From positions 248,001 to 312,000 of the forward strand of contig NIVC01001486.1 of assembly GCA_002269645.1 (NCBI GenBank): a DNA stretch of 64,000 nt, in the 5' to 3' direction. Source of the stretch: Macrostomum lignano. Its lineage: Eukaryota. A program made the translations under genes and the position numbers. The notes beneath the pieces were generated by a model. That model did not search any database. It saw only the letters and a list, made by a program, of their open reading frames with translations, and was not told the origin of the DNA. This document shows, piece after piece, positions 33,892-46,486 of the stretch; position 1 is the first letter of the stretch; each line of letters opens with the position of its first letter.

Positions 33892-34620
33892 TCAGCCGCG
33901 CTGGTAGAGAGTCCAGTCGGGTCCGGTCAGGCTGGCTGGCGGGTAGGCGAACGCCAGCAGGCGGCAGGCGAGCAGCCGCTTGGAGAAAACGGCGGCTAGG
34001 CAGTCGGCTGTGGCGCTGCACCGGGCCAGGCAGTCCATGACGGATGGGCAGCGGCCGGCCAGGACGAGGTCTTGCTGGTCTCCACAGTGAGGATCGAGTG
34101 CTTGATCATCTTGTAAAAGTTTTTGTCTGAAACAGATTGTGGTTGAGATGTGTTTCAGAAAGGACCACCTGTACATAACCCTGAAAGTCAATCGTCGCAA
34201 GAACAAAAGCTACTCACTCGGGTAGGTCAGAGCGAACACCGAGTTTCGCCTTGGAGCTCCGCAGATCTGCGATGAGTTTCCTCTGCACTTGGTGCTGCAG
34301 TCGCTTTCGTTGGCTTTGCCCTGAGATCCGAAGGAGTTGCTGCAGAGGCACGCTTTTCCAACCTGCACCCCAAAGTAGGCGAAGCCGCCAAGTGAGCACA
34401 CACTGCTGCAGAGCTCGTGCGACATTTCGGTCTTGTTTATCCACTTTCTGAAGGTGATTTCGTACTCGCCAATCCTTGTGACACCGCTTAGCCCGTTCAA
34501 GTCTCTGACTTCACCATTTAAATCCACGTAGCAACCAACGTAGGAGAAGCGGACGACCCTGCATGCAGCGCAGGTCAGGAGGGCGCAGATAAAAACTGGC
34601 AGTTTCGGCACCCGAAGCAT
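33892..34620 (-). pseudogene. WP8 (A-subfamily): WSC-PAN copy with one 1-bp deletion in exon 2, either a recent pseudogene or an assembly error
   Basis: Exon 1 34620-34218 is intact. 91-bp intron. Exon 2 34126-33892 has GCTGCCCATCC where WP3 and WP10 have GCTGCCCCATCC (G-run at 34046-34048). Confidence 0.8.
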
Positions 34621-35962
34621 CTTTCAGCTGCTCAACTGCAAGCTACTCGGCTGGAGCGCACAAGTTCCAGCTTTTATAGTTGAACAGCTGTACGGCCGCA
34701 GAGAATTGTTTCGCTCGCCCAATGGCATCGCAGCTTCCATTTAATCTGGCTTAGATTAGTCATCTAAATTTTCTGCAAACCGATCGGGCCAACATATGTT
34801 TTTGAATTTGCAAATCTTCGTTATTTCAGGTGCTTTCAGATATTTTCAATAGAGTTAAACGTGTTGCAACAGTGAGTAATAGTGATTAGTGTGTACTTGA
34901 GCTAATGGAACTTTAGTAAGCATGTCTAGCACCGCACTGTCGATATTTTGAATGTAATTAGATTTCTCTTGTTAAGTAAGAGTAGTTCAGTCTCATTCGA
35001 CTCTGTTACTTTTAAGACAATCAAATAAGATTCTCCTAATAGAATATAGGTACTTGCGACAAAAATGTTGAACAAATCTGGATTATTTATGCAGTATTTA
35101 GGTTGGAGCCTCAAACAAGCTTGCATCTGCATCTCATATTCAAGTCACATGTCAACAGACGTTTGCTTCACCAACGAGCGTATTGTCTTAAACAACAATG
35201 GAGGGCTGAAAACATTGACCGAAATGATGGAGAGGTTTTCTAGTCTCAGTTTTCGAAGATATTTTTAAGAACTTCATCCAAGTTAAAGTAAAAACTGTGG
35301 AAATTTTCGAAACCTACTGACTCGTCCCCGTCCCCGCGAGTATTCAAGGCAGACCCTAGGGCTGCTGGACTGAACTGGGCTCCGACGCTGGCTACCCATC
35401 CAGTGGTTTTTGCCGAACTTGGGTATGCGGGTCTGGCTCAAACCTGGACCAGGGGAGCAAGGGATTTGCAGTTCCCCGGATAAACTGGAAAGAAGCATGG
35501 CACCCTTATGCCAGATGTTTGGTGCGATTTCACAGCAGTTTTTGGCACCACTGTCCCCAGTTTTAGCATTTACCAAACAAATACTTCTGATTTTGCGCTG
35601 ACGGGCCTCTCGGTGTCGGTCCTCTTTGTTTTCAGCACTCTTTGTTTTCAGCCCTCTTTGTTGTTGGGGCCCCTGTAGCTAGCGTGCCTTGATGCTGGCA
35701 CCCCTTGCCTTAGAAGGTGCTTCAATGATAGCGTCCCCGAGGTGGCGCCTCTAGTATTGGCCCCATAATATCCTCATGACGCGCCCCCATGCTGTCTACC
35801 ATCTATTCAAGTAGCCCTATTGATTAATCAAAATTTTGATACATTTCACTCTTTAGAGATTCAATAGCATACAGTATCTAGCTGAGTGGGATTCGTACAT
35901 TCAACGCTAGTGCTGCAATTTAAACATAAGGGACGTGGTTAGTACTCCGTAAAATAGGCTTG

Positions 35963-37243
35963 TGTCACATGGCGCACCGAAGGCACCGGATTTACAGCCA
36001 TCCTGGGGCTGTTGGACGCCTGTATGCGGCATTATCCACACAAGAGTTTCATCAAAGTCGGTCTTTGGAAGCTGCGTATCCGCTCACACAAGGCCGACCC
36101 ACCACATCTCAATGGGTCGGGTGGGACACGGAAGCGGCAGGGGCAGAGACTGGAGCGGTACGGCAGAGCGTAGGCGACCTCCGCGACCTCGGAGGTGAAC
36201 ATTGCAGGATCAGCACATTCTCATTGTGCTCTTTTTATGATAACCCGTTCTCTGTAGCACTCAGACTGTGAATCGGATTCGAGTTCAATTTCTAGCTGCA
36301 ATTTGTTGCCCTATATTATCAGAGCAGGTTAGGGTTACCACTCGCTCCCTGTGACTTGACTTAGCTGCAGGGGCATCGACCAGGGTTGAGTTTTTCTGCG
36401 AAACCCGGCTTTGCGCGGCCGGCCAATCAGAACCGGCCTGGACCCTGGCACGCGGCAAAATCCAAGTCTACCCGGCGCCGCGGGCACAGTGCAATTCAGC
36501 TTAGCGAGCGGCCGGCCAGACGACCACTACCCGGCTTGGGGGGGGGGTTGTGAGGGGTTTGACAGTGACTATATATGAAAGTGTGTTTGGCAATCGGATC
36601 TCACTTCTTTTTCCCTGCTCGTCCCGGCTTTGGTTTTGTTCAACTTCCCGGCCGCTTTGCCCTATTTTTGTGGTTCGCGCTTTGAGGCGCCTGAGTTCGT
36701 CACCCCGGTCCGTGTTTTGCTCCCTGCCCGACCGCTTCAGTCTTGTAGCGTAACGTCTACGGCAAATTTCTGTCTGAGGTCGTCGCTATCAAGCGCGGTT
36801 AGATAGAGATTGTCGGATTGACCAAGTACGTGGCCTCGATCCTGAGGGCCTCAGTGTCACACTGAAGGGCAGTACTGATAGAACTTAGTCAGTGCTCCGT
36901 TGAACGGTCAATTCGGCAGGGCTCTCGTTTGAGTGTAGGTTCTGGTTTAGGCCAGGGGTTAGGAGTCTTCTCCGTGGTCGTGTTCGGTTCCTCTTCTTCT
37001 TCAGCTGAGATCCGCTTGCCAGTTGCGTAATTGATTTATTATTACGAGTATTAATCGTTGTATCCTTATTATCATCAGTTCGAATTATCTGCACCGCGAA
37101 TTACGTTAAGAATCTTGTAACTTTATTAATCAAATTAAACCGTCAATCAAATTTAGCCCCTCTTGAACTAGGATTATCACTCTCTAAATCTATTCGAATC
37201 GTGTTCACCTGTGTTCTTCCTTTTCTTGTACCGTACTGCGACA
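35963..37243 (+). mobile_element. Candidate solo LTR (~1.28 kb)
   Basis: Termini TGTCACA...TGCGACA (6/7 inverted match). Flanks CTTG/ATTG (3/4 match, possibly a decayed 4-bp TSD). Internal CCAAT (~36423) and TATATAT (~36570). GC-rich, with no long ORF. Confidence 0.45.
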
Positions 37244-37389
37244 ATTGGAGAAAGATTGGTAGAACTCGCCGACCGGCGATAGGCAATTAGGGCCAATAGT
37301 TTTAAAATCTCCGAACGCTCCAAGTAGGTTTGTCTAGGGCCTAAATAATTGCTTACCGTGCATGCTATTTATCTAATTGCCTTTATAAC

Positions 37390-40300
37390 ATGGTTGTAGT
37401 TTCTACATAGATCTGGTTGTAGGTTCTACATAAATCTGGTTGTAGGTTCTACATAGATCTGGTTGTAGGTTCTACATAGGTCTGGTTGCAGGTTCTACAT
37501 AGATCTGGTTGTAGGTTCTACATAGGTCTGGTTGTAGGGTCTACATAGGTTATGTAGGTTCTGCATAGGTCTGGTTGTAGGTTCTACATAGGTCTGGTTG
37601 TAGGTTCTACATAGGTCTTGTTGTAGGTTCTACATAGACCTGGTTCTAGGTTCTACATAGGTCTGGTTGTAGGTTCTACATAGGTTATGTAGGTTCTGCA
37701 TAGATCTGGTTGTAGGTTCTACATAGGTCTGGTTGTAGGTTCTACATAGGTCTGGTTGTAGGATCTACATAGGTCTGGTTGTAGGTTCTACATAGGTCTG
37801 GTTGTAGGTTCTGCATAGATCTGGTTGTAGGTTCTACATAGGTCTGGTTGTAGGTTCTACATAGGTCTGGTTGTAGGTTCTACATAGGTCTTGTTGTAGG
37901 TTCTACATAGACCTGGTTCTAGGTTCTACATAGGTCTGGTTGTAGGTTCTACATAGGTTATGTAGGTTCTGCATAGATCTGGTTGTAGGTTCTACATAGG
38001 TCTGGTTGTAGGTTCTACATAGGTCTGGTTGTAGGTTCTACATAGGTCTGGTTGTAGGTTCTGCATAGATCTGGTTGTAGGTTCTACATAGGTCTGGTTG
38101 TAGGTTCTACATAGATCTGGTTGTAGGTTCTACATAGGTCTTGTTGTAGGTTCTACATAGGTCTGGTTGTAGGTTCTACATAGGTCTGGTTGTAGGTTCT
38201 ACATAGGTCTGGTTGTAGGTTCTACATAGGTCTGGTTGTAGGTTCTACATAGGTCTTGTTGTAGGTTCTACATAGGTCTGGTTGTAGGTTCTGCATAGGT
38301 CTGGTTGTAGATTCTACATAGGTCTGGTTGTAGGTTCTACATAGGTCTGGTTGTAGGTTCTACATAGATCTGGTTGTAGGTTCTACATAGGTCTGGTTGT
38401 AGGTTCTACATAGGTCTGGTTGTAGGTTCTACATAGGTCTGGTTGTAGGTTCTGCATAGATCTGGTTGTAGGTTCTACATAGGTCTGGTTGTAGGGTCTA
38501 CATAGGTTATGTAGGTTCTGCATAGGTCTGGTTGTAGGTTCTACATAGGTCTGGTTGTAGGTTCTACATAGGTCTTGTTGTAGGTTCTACATAGACCTGG
38601 TTCTAGGTTCTACATAGGTCTGGTTGTAGGTTCTACATAGGTTATGTAGGTTCTGCATAGATCTGGTTGTAGGTTCTACATAGGTCTGGTTGTAGGTTCT
38701 ACATAGGTCTGGTTGTAGGTTCTACATAGGTCTGGTTGTAGGTTCTGCATAGATCTGGTTGTAGGTTCTACATAGGTCTGGTTGTAGGTTCTACATAGGT
38801 CTGGTTGTAGGTTCTACATAGGTCTTGTTGTAGGTTCTACATAGACCTGGTTCTAGGTTCTACATAGGTCTGGTTGTAGGTTCTACATAGGTTATGTAGG
38901 TTCTGCATAGATCTGGTTGTAGGTTCTACATAGGTCTGGTTGTAGGTTCTACATAGGTCTGGTTGTAGGTTCTACATAGGTCTGGTTGTAGGTTCTGCAT
39001 AGATCTGGTTGTAGGTTCTACATAGGTCTGGTTGTAGGTTCTACATAGGTCTGGTTGTAGGTTCTACATAGGTCTGGTTGTAGGTTCTGCATAGATCTGG
39101 TTGTAGGTTCTACATAGGTCTGGTTGTAGGTTCTACATAGATCTGGTTGTAGGTTCTACATAGGTCTTGTTGTAGGTTCTACATAGGTCTGGTTGTAGGT
39201 TCTACATAGGTCTGGTTGTAGGTTCTACATAGGTCTGGTTGTAGGTTCTACATAGGTCTGGTTGTAGGTTCTACATAGGTCTGGTTGTAGGTTCTACATA
39301 TGTCTTGTTGTAGGTTCTACATAGGTCTGGTTGTAGGTTCTGCATAGATCTGGTTGTAGGTTCTACATAGGTCTGGTTGTAGGTTCTACATAGGTCTGGT
39401 TGTAGGTTCTACATAGGTCTGGTTGTAGGTTCTGCATAGATCTGGTTGTAGGTTCTACATAGGTCTGGTTGTAGGTTCTACATAGATCTGGTTGTAGGTT
39501 CTACATAGGTCTTGTTGTAGGTTCTACATAGGTCTGGTTGTAGGTTCTACATAGGTCTGGTTGTAGGTTCTACATAGGTCTGGTTGTAGGTTCTACATAG
39601 GTCTGGTTGTAGGTTCTACATAGGTCTGGTTGTAGGTTCTACATAGGTCTTGTTGTAGGTTCTACATAGGTTTGGTTGTAGGTTCTACATAGGTCTGGTT
39701 GTAGGTTCTGCATAGGTCTGGTTGTAGATTCTACATAGGTCTGGTTGTAGGTTCTACATAGGTCTGGTTGTAGGTTCTACATAGGTCTGGTTGTAGGTTC
39801 TACATAGGTCTGGTTGTAGGTTCTGCATAGATCTGGTTGTAGGTTCTACATAGGTCTGGTTGTAGGTTCTACATAGGTCTGGTTGTAGGTTCTACATAGG
39901 TCTTGTTGTAGGTTCTACATAGACCTGGTTCTAGGTTCTACATAGGTCTGGTTGTAGGTTCTACATAGGTTATGTAGGTTCTGCATAGATCTGGTTGTAG
40001 GTTCTACATAGGTCTGGTTGTAGGTTCTACATAGGTCTGGTTGTAGGTTCTACATAGGTCTGGTTGTAGGTTCTGCATAGATCTGGTTGTAGGTTCTACA
40101 TAGGTCTGGTTGTAGGTTCTACATAGGTCTGGTTGTAGGTTCTACATAGGTCTGGTTGTAGGTTCTGCATAGATCTGGTTGTAGGTTCTACATAGGTCTG
40201 GTTGTAGGTTCTACATAGATCTGGTTGTAGGTTCTACATAGGTCTTGTTGTAGGTTCTACATAGGTCTGGTTGTAGGTTCTACATAGGTCTGGTTGTAGG

Positions 40301-40995
40301 TTCTACATAGGTCTGGTTGTAGGTTCTACATAGGTCTGGTTGTAGGTTCTACATAGGTCTGGTTGTAGGTTCTACATATGTCTTGTTGTAGGTTCTACAT
40401 AGGTCTGGTTGTAGGTTCTGCATAGATCTGGTTGTAGGTTCTACATAGGTCTGGTTGTAGGTTCTACATAGGTCTGGTTGTAGGTTCTACATAGGTCTGG
40501 TTGTAGGTTCTGCATAGATCTGGTTGTAGGTTCTACATAGGTCTGGTTGTAGGTTCTACATAGATCTGGTTGTAGGTTCTACATAGGTCTTGTTGTAGGT
40601 TCTACATAGGTCTGGTTGTAGGTTCTACATAGGTCTGGTTGTAGGTTCTACATAGGTCTGGTTGTAGGTTCTACATAGGTCTGGTTGTAGGTTCTACATA
40701 GGTCTGGTTGTAGGTTCTACATAGGTCTTGTTGTAGGTTCTACATAGGTTTGGTTGTAGGTTCTACATAGGTCTGGTTGTAGGTTCTGCATAGGTCTGGT
40801 TGTAGATTCTACATAGGTCTGGTTGTAGGTTCTACATAGGTCTGGTTGTAGGTTCTACATAGGTCTGGTTGTAGGTTCTACATAGGTCTGGTTGTAGGTT
40901 CTACATAGGTCTGGTTGTAGGTTCTACATATGTCTGGTTGTAGGTTCTACATAGGTCTGGTTGTAGGTTCTACATAGGTCTGGTTGTAGGTTCTA
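37390..40995. repeat. 23-bp satellite (GGTTCTACATAGGTCTGGTTGTA), ~3.6 kb, about 155 units with higher-order repeats
   Basis: Directly visible. Rare variants recur at offsets of 957 and 1078 bp. Confidence 0.97.
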
Positions 40996-42144
40996 GATCC
41001 AAAACGAGATACTACTCAGAATCGCAGTTCTTTGTTGCATTTTGCCAGAAAAGAGTGAGGGCTGCAATGTAACGCTCGTAGATTCTTAGTTCTGAACCCG
41101 TCGTTTTTTATTTTTTTTACTTCTTGTCACTCAGAATCTGAACTCGCGCCAGCGCCATAAATAGAGGCGCCAACAACATGGGCGCCAGAGCTAGGGTGTC
41201 AGTATTAGAGGCGTCTACAACAGGGACGCCCGTAACAGGGGTGCCAAAGAGCGCTGAAAACAAAGGGCGCCGACACCGAGAGACGCATCAGCAGCGGTAG
41301 ATCGAAAGCCAAATATTTGTTGTGTATATGCTAAAATTGAGAACAGTGGTGCTGTACCAAAATATCCGAAAAAAGGATGCCAAGCTTCTTTTCAGCTTAT
41401 TGGAGACTGCAACCTCCTTGCTCCCCGTCTATGCCTCTGGTGGATACCGGTAGATAGCATATATGTTACTATAGTCGCCCATGAGTAATTAATGTTTCGA
41501 CTTTAGCAGCAGAAAGTTTGTCACTACTCGTAGTAACATCACCGATCCCAGCACAAATTTAAACATTTTATCAAAACATAGTACCATAATTTCTGATGAT
41601 GTGATTCTGTGACCTCGAAATCAAGTAAATAATGGTTCTCATGTTCTCATGCAGTATAAAATAATCAGTCAATCATTATATTAATGTATGAGAATTCAAC
41701 GCTCGTCATTTACTTTCGAACAGTTCTCAGGGACTATGCGCTAACTATATGTAAGCATTCACCAATTAACGTATGCAAGTAGTACCCTATACTCTATCCT
41801 ATACTTATGGTGTACCAGACAGAGCGACCGGAAGTGGTGCTTGAGTGTGATAAAGGTGTTGGATATCTGCTTTGTTGGAACGCCAGTTTTTGTAGCTCCT
41901 ATCATTTAATCCCTCAAAGTTTAACTGTAACAGGGTACAGTTTGTCAAGTGCAAGGATAGGCAAGGCACGGGTGCGAGGGCTCATGACTTCAGCGAGGCA
42001 ACTGAGCGCACAGGCTGACGTATTTAAGAGTGGCTACGGCACGGCTTTCGCTCACTCCCTGAGGGAGTAATTGCCCTAGGCCACAAATACTGGTTATGCT
42101 GTTAGCTCGGTTACCTGGAACTTTCTTCTATAATGCGTCACTAC

Positions 42145-42420
42145 CAGGCTGTAGCCTAGTGGTTAGAGCGTCGGACTCACGACTGAAAAGTGAGTCGACT
42201 CTCGACTCACTCGGGACAATTTGTGTCCTTGAGCAAGAAGACACTTAATTCTGCATTTCTGCAGTTCACCCAACTGTAAAACGGGTGCCAGCATTAGCTG
42301 GGGTATGAGGTGCAGCCGTAAGCAGCCTTCAGCTGCGCCGAGCAATAGCTGCGGCTGAGCTGTCGGTTGCACATCTGACTATCAGCGAAGGTACAAGCAA
42401 TTATTACAACAATAGCAACA
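42145..42420 (+). mobile_element. tRNA-derived SINE
   Basis: A-box TAGCCTAGTGG (42152-42162) in GTAGCCTAGTGGTTAGAGCG, and a degenerate B-box-like GAGTCGACTC. The body tgtgtccttgagcaag..acacttaa..cacccaactgtaaaacggg is typical of SINE2 bodies. Short-repeat tail acaacaatagcaacaa. Confidence 0.65.
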
Positions 42421-45400
42421 AAATACACCGAGTGGCCACAGAGAGGTGGAGATGTTAGAAGCCACGCCTTTGGGCCGCTCTTCTCAAAAAGTCTACTCCC
42501 CAGTCAGAGTCAAAATGAAGGCTCTCTCATCCCTCAGAAGCAGCTCAGAAGAGGTAGTTATTACTATTTACTAATACTCCAATATTATTGCAATATTGTT
42601 TACTCTTAAGGAGGATAACCTATAAAATTAAAGCCACAGTTAGCGACCTATTCAGTCAGTGATTAGACAATAGTCGAAACTGAAATTGGAAGTGCTCTGG
42701 TTCTTTACTACTGACTATTAGTAAAGTCTATATACTACTACATCCGGCTCTATAACCAAATAAAAAATATAGCATCACAACGAAGCAACATCTATACTAA
42801 CTCAGCGCCTCAGGAATTCTAGAACTTTTGACAGTCTACAAGTCAATTAATGTCAACTCTGAAACGAAAGATAGGAACCTTCGATCCGTTCTGCTATTTA
42901 CTTAGTTAGGCTTCCAGGAATCAGTTTGTGATAGTTTCTTGATCTAACAAAGCTAAGCTGAGGGACTCATAATTGCTCAAACGAGCTCAAACTAAGATAT
43001 CTAAGATTTTGCAAATTCGAAATTTGAGTCGATAAAATACTTGTAATATGGTAGGTCTCATGTGTTTGATTTTGTATTTTTATGAATAATTTAAACAACT
43101 GTTTCCTTCCTTTAAGAAATAGATTCATAAACATAATGTGTGTTAATTTAAATACGAGTAAAATTTTCAAGATTTTCTGTGCTCAAAATACTTTCTAAAT
43201 GGAAAACACACCTTGTAAAATTATTTCCTAATCTATTAGATTCCAGGAAAAAAAATTAGGTGCCATTCCAAGCCAATTGTTTGTTTAACGGGCTTAAAAT
43301 TCTGGGCTATTAAAGTCCATTTGCTTCCTTCTACGAGCGTAGAAATAAATGGATTCTAACTTCCTGATATGGTTAACCAAACATAGGATACTGCAACAAC
43401 TTTACTACTCTTTTCTTTTTGTTTGCTTTACGATAAATTGTGAAATGCATCGCCGTCAGCCAGCAGGAAATGAACAAAACGCCACGTGCATGTCTGTCCT
43501 CGCCTGTAGGGTGACTGCACCGGCTGTCAGCTGTGACGAATATATCTGATCTGATGTAAGAGTTCGCGTGCTGACGGGCTGCTACATGTATTCAAATTAG
43601 CGACGAACACGTAGAACCTTGATTGATCGATGACAACTGGCCGATTATTGGATTATTTGTATTTTTTTCTCTCAAACACGGTTGGCAGAAGTATAATATT
43701 CGCTTGCAACTGATAGCAAAGTAACGGATCAGGTGGGGTGGCTTCGGAAGATATGATCTTGTGGAGAACACGGTACTTAAACTGAATGCGGTTTAAGATC
43801 TGGCGGAAAGCGTTCTTTAATAATGCTTGAAAAAATGAACTTGCAAGCGGTAGTTTTAACAGACCAGCTCGTACCCAAGCTTCCTCTCCTCCGAAGCCAC
43901 AGAATTCAAATGTTAAATAAAGTATTGCCAACCCAGTAAAACGAAGTATTGCCAACCATCGTCAGCAAACATAAAATACAACTCATTGAAAAAACCAGAT
44001 TACACATTAAATATTCCCAGCTGATACGAGCTACCAACCGACAAACCGACAAACAGACAAAAGAAACCGTCAACGTCACACAGCCATACACTGAAGTTTA
44101 ATGCTGAGTTGTTTCGATAGATTATCTATTTATTCAATTGTCTACCGGTATCTCCGCTACCCAACCATACAATCCACCATTGAAGTGACAAATTCAGCTT
44201 ATTGACGCAATACTATACGACACGACATGAGTACATTAAAACAAAATAAAATACATGTAGCGTGCTTTCTGGCTTTGGCAGAAACTTTTTTCTTGAGCTA
44301 GCTAAGCTCGTACGTATAAATTGATGGACAAACAAGCGACACGAAGTCTAGGAGTTTCTTTGATTTGTTTGCAAAGTAGGGATGCGAAAAAAGCTAGGAT
44401 TTACGAGTATTTTGGAATTTAAAAATTTTGCCAAAGCCAGAATATACAGTCCATTAGGCTGACATTGTGCCGGCTGGCTATGTAGTCGGATTCCTCATGC
44501 GTGTCTTACGAGCTACTAATAAAACACGTTAGATTGGAAAACTGGTGCAGCGACTCGCGCTGCTACAAAACCCATTATGGCCGGCCTTACCATGATTTAA
44601 AGAACACTGGCTAAATTTAAAATACGGCTTTTCTTTCAAAAAATACAGACGGAAATGCACCATTGCATTTTCCAGCCAGCACCAGGGTTGTAAGGGTGTG
44701 CCAATACTTTCACAGTGAATTGGGACTGAGGGGGCGCAGCCCCCAAGCCCTAGCCCCCTGGATGCACCAGTAGTGCATCAGGCCTGAAAACTCAAACAAT
44801 CCAGTACTCGAAGCCCCAAGATTAAGTCGCTGAATCTTAATGCGTCAAAAGTTTAGAAAATTCGTGTAAGAGAAACGGATGTGCTTCCGGTGTTCAAGGC
44901 TTGGGTTTGTTCCGAAGTTGAGTTGAGTTGACCAAATCACCAACGCGCGACTGGATCGCCGGTCTATCTAAGAGACTTTTTGCGCCGTCGATGACTCACT
45001 CCAGCTGGCTGAGAAAATGTCACAGTTGATAAGAGTGAAACCAGAGCTACTGCCATCAGTCTCTACAGGACGTCCTGCTGTTCACCTTGCAGACTTAATT
45101 TAGGCAGAGCCAACCTCAAACCAGTCTATACGTGGGCTGCGTGCTGTGCGACGACGGGCGGCCGACATCGTAGGCGAGTGGACTTCTCCGCGCTGCGGCG
45201 CGCCATCTGACTCACCCTGATCGCATCAACTAAGAACTTGTAAACAAGGGCGTTTTCTGTTGTTGGTAAACATTGAAATATCAAGGTTTAATATATATGA
45301 CAAGTTATTATGTCTTTAGGTTTAATACATGATGACAAAAACACCTCCTCAAGCCACTATCCTGCGTCCCAGATGCAGAGAAATGATCGTTTTTTGCGAA

Positions 45401-45704
45401 ATTTATTGGGCTCTGCTTAGCTTCTTTTGTTTATATTGAGATCGGCTGTCAAACATTGGATAGCAGCATTAACTAATGAAGAATATTCGACTGTCTGCTC
45501 AGGCTTAAGTAATTTACTAACTACTTTAGCCAAGACTGGATCACTCTAACTGTCACGGGTCTTAAGCAATCTTACAGAGGTAGTAACTGTATGTATATCT
45601 ATTTTAATGTTTCCGAAGTTAAAAATATCTAATTTTTTATTGTTCATTGTTCGTCTTCTCCATGCCGACACCCTCGTGTCGCAAGACTCAAGTCAGTTTC
45701 GCGC

Positions 45705-46486
45705 TCAGCCACGCTGGTAGAGAGTCCAGTCGGGTCCGGTCAGGCTGGCTGGTGGGTAGGCGAACGCAAGCAGGTGGCAGGCGAGCAGCCGCTTCGAAAA
45801 AACGGCGGCCTGGCAGGCGGCTCTGGCGCTGCACCGGAGCAGGCAGTCCGCGACAGACTGGTCAACGGCCGGCCAGGACGAGGTTTTGGAGCTGTCGGTC
45901 TTGACGAAGAGGCTGTTGTCCTTCTGAACCAGGTAGTAACGGTCTAAAATAGAAATTTGCGAAACAACCACCGTTTTTCTGCTGTCTCTTTCATTAGGTC
46001 TTGAAATAATTTTAAGATGCCGCAAAATAGTTGATTGAAAATTATTTCAGACCGTGGATTAATCAATTGCCCGTCACACTCACTCGGGTAGGTCAGAGCG
46101 AACACCGAGTTGCGAGCTCGACCTCCGCATATTTGCTGCGAGTTTCCACTGCACTGTCTATTGCAGTCGCTCTCATTGCCTTTGCCCTGCGATCCGATTG
46201 AGTTGCCGCAGAAGCACTGCTGACCGACCTGCACCCCGAAGTACGAGAATCCGCCCAGAGAGCAGGCGCTGCTGCACAGCTCGAGAGTCATGCTAGTTTT
46301 TATGAAAGGGTCGTTTGACCGAACCTTAAACGGACCCATCTGGGTGACTTCGGTCAGTCCGTCTAAATCTCTGGCTTTGCCCGTGTAGTCCACGTAGCAA
46401 CCCACGTACGAGTAATTGACAAACCTGCAGGTCGCGCAGGTAAGCAGAGCGCCGAGTAAAATTGAAATTCGCGATAGTTGCTCCAT
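45705..46486 (-). CDS. WP9 (B-subfamily): secreted WSC + PAN/Apple-like protein, intact, 213 aa
   Basis: Exon 1 46486-46084 (an alternative in-frame ATG lies at 46492), donor A|gtgagt. 140-bp intron. Exon 2 45943-45705. Confidence 0.9.

Noticed and set aside
42145-42220. Functional tRNA gene
   Set aside because: The B-box and T-arm are degenerate, there is no acceptor-stem closure, and a SINE-like body and tail follow.
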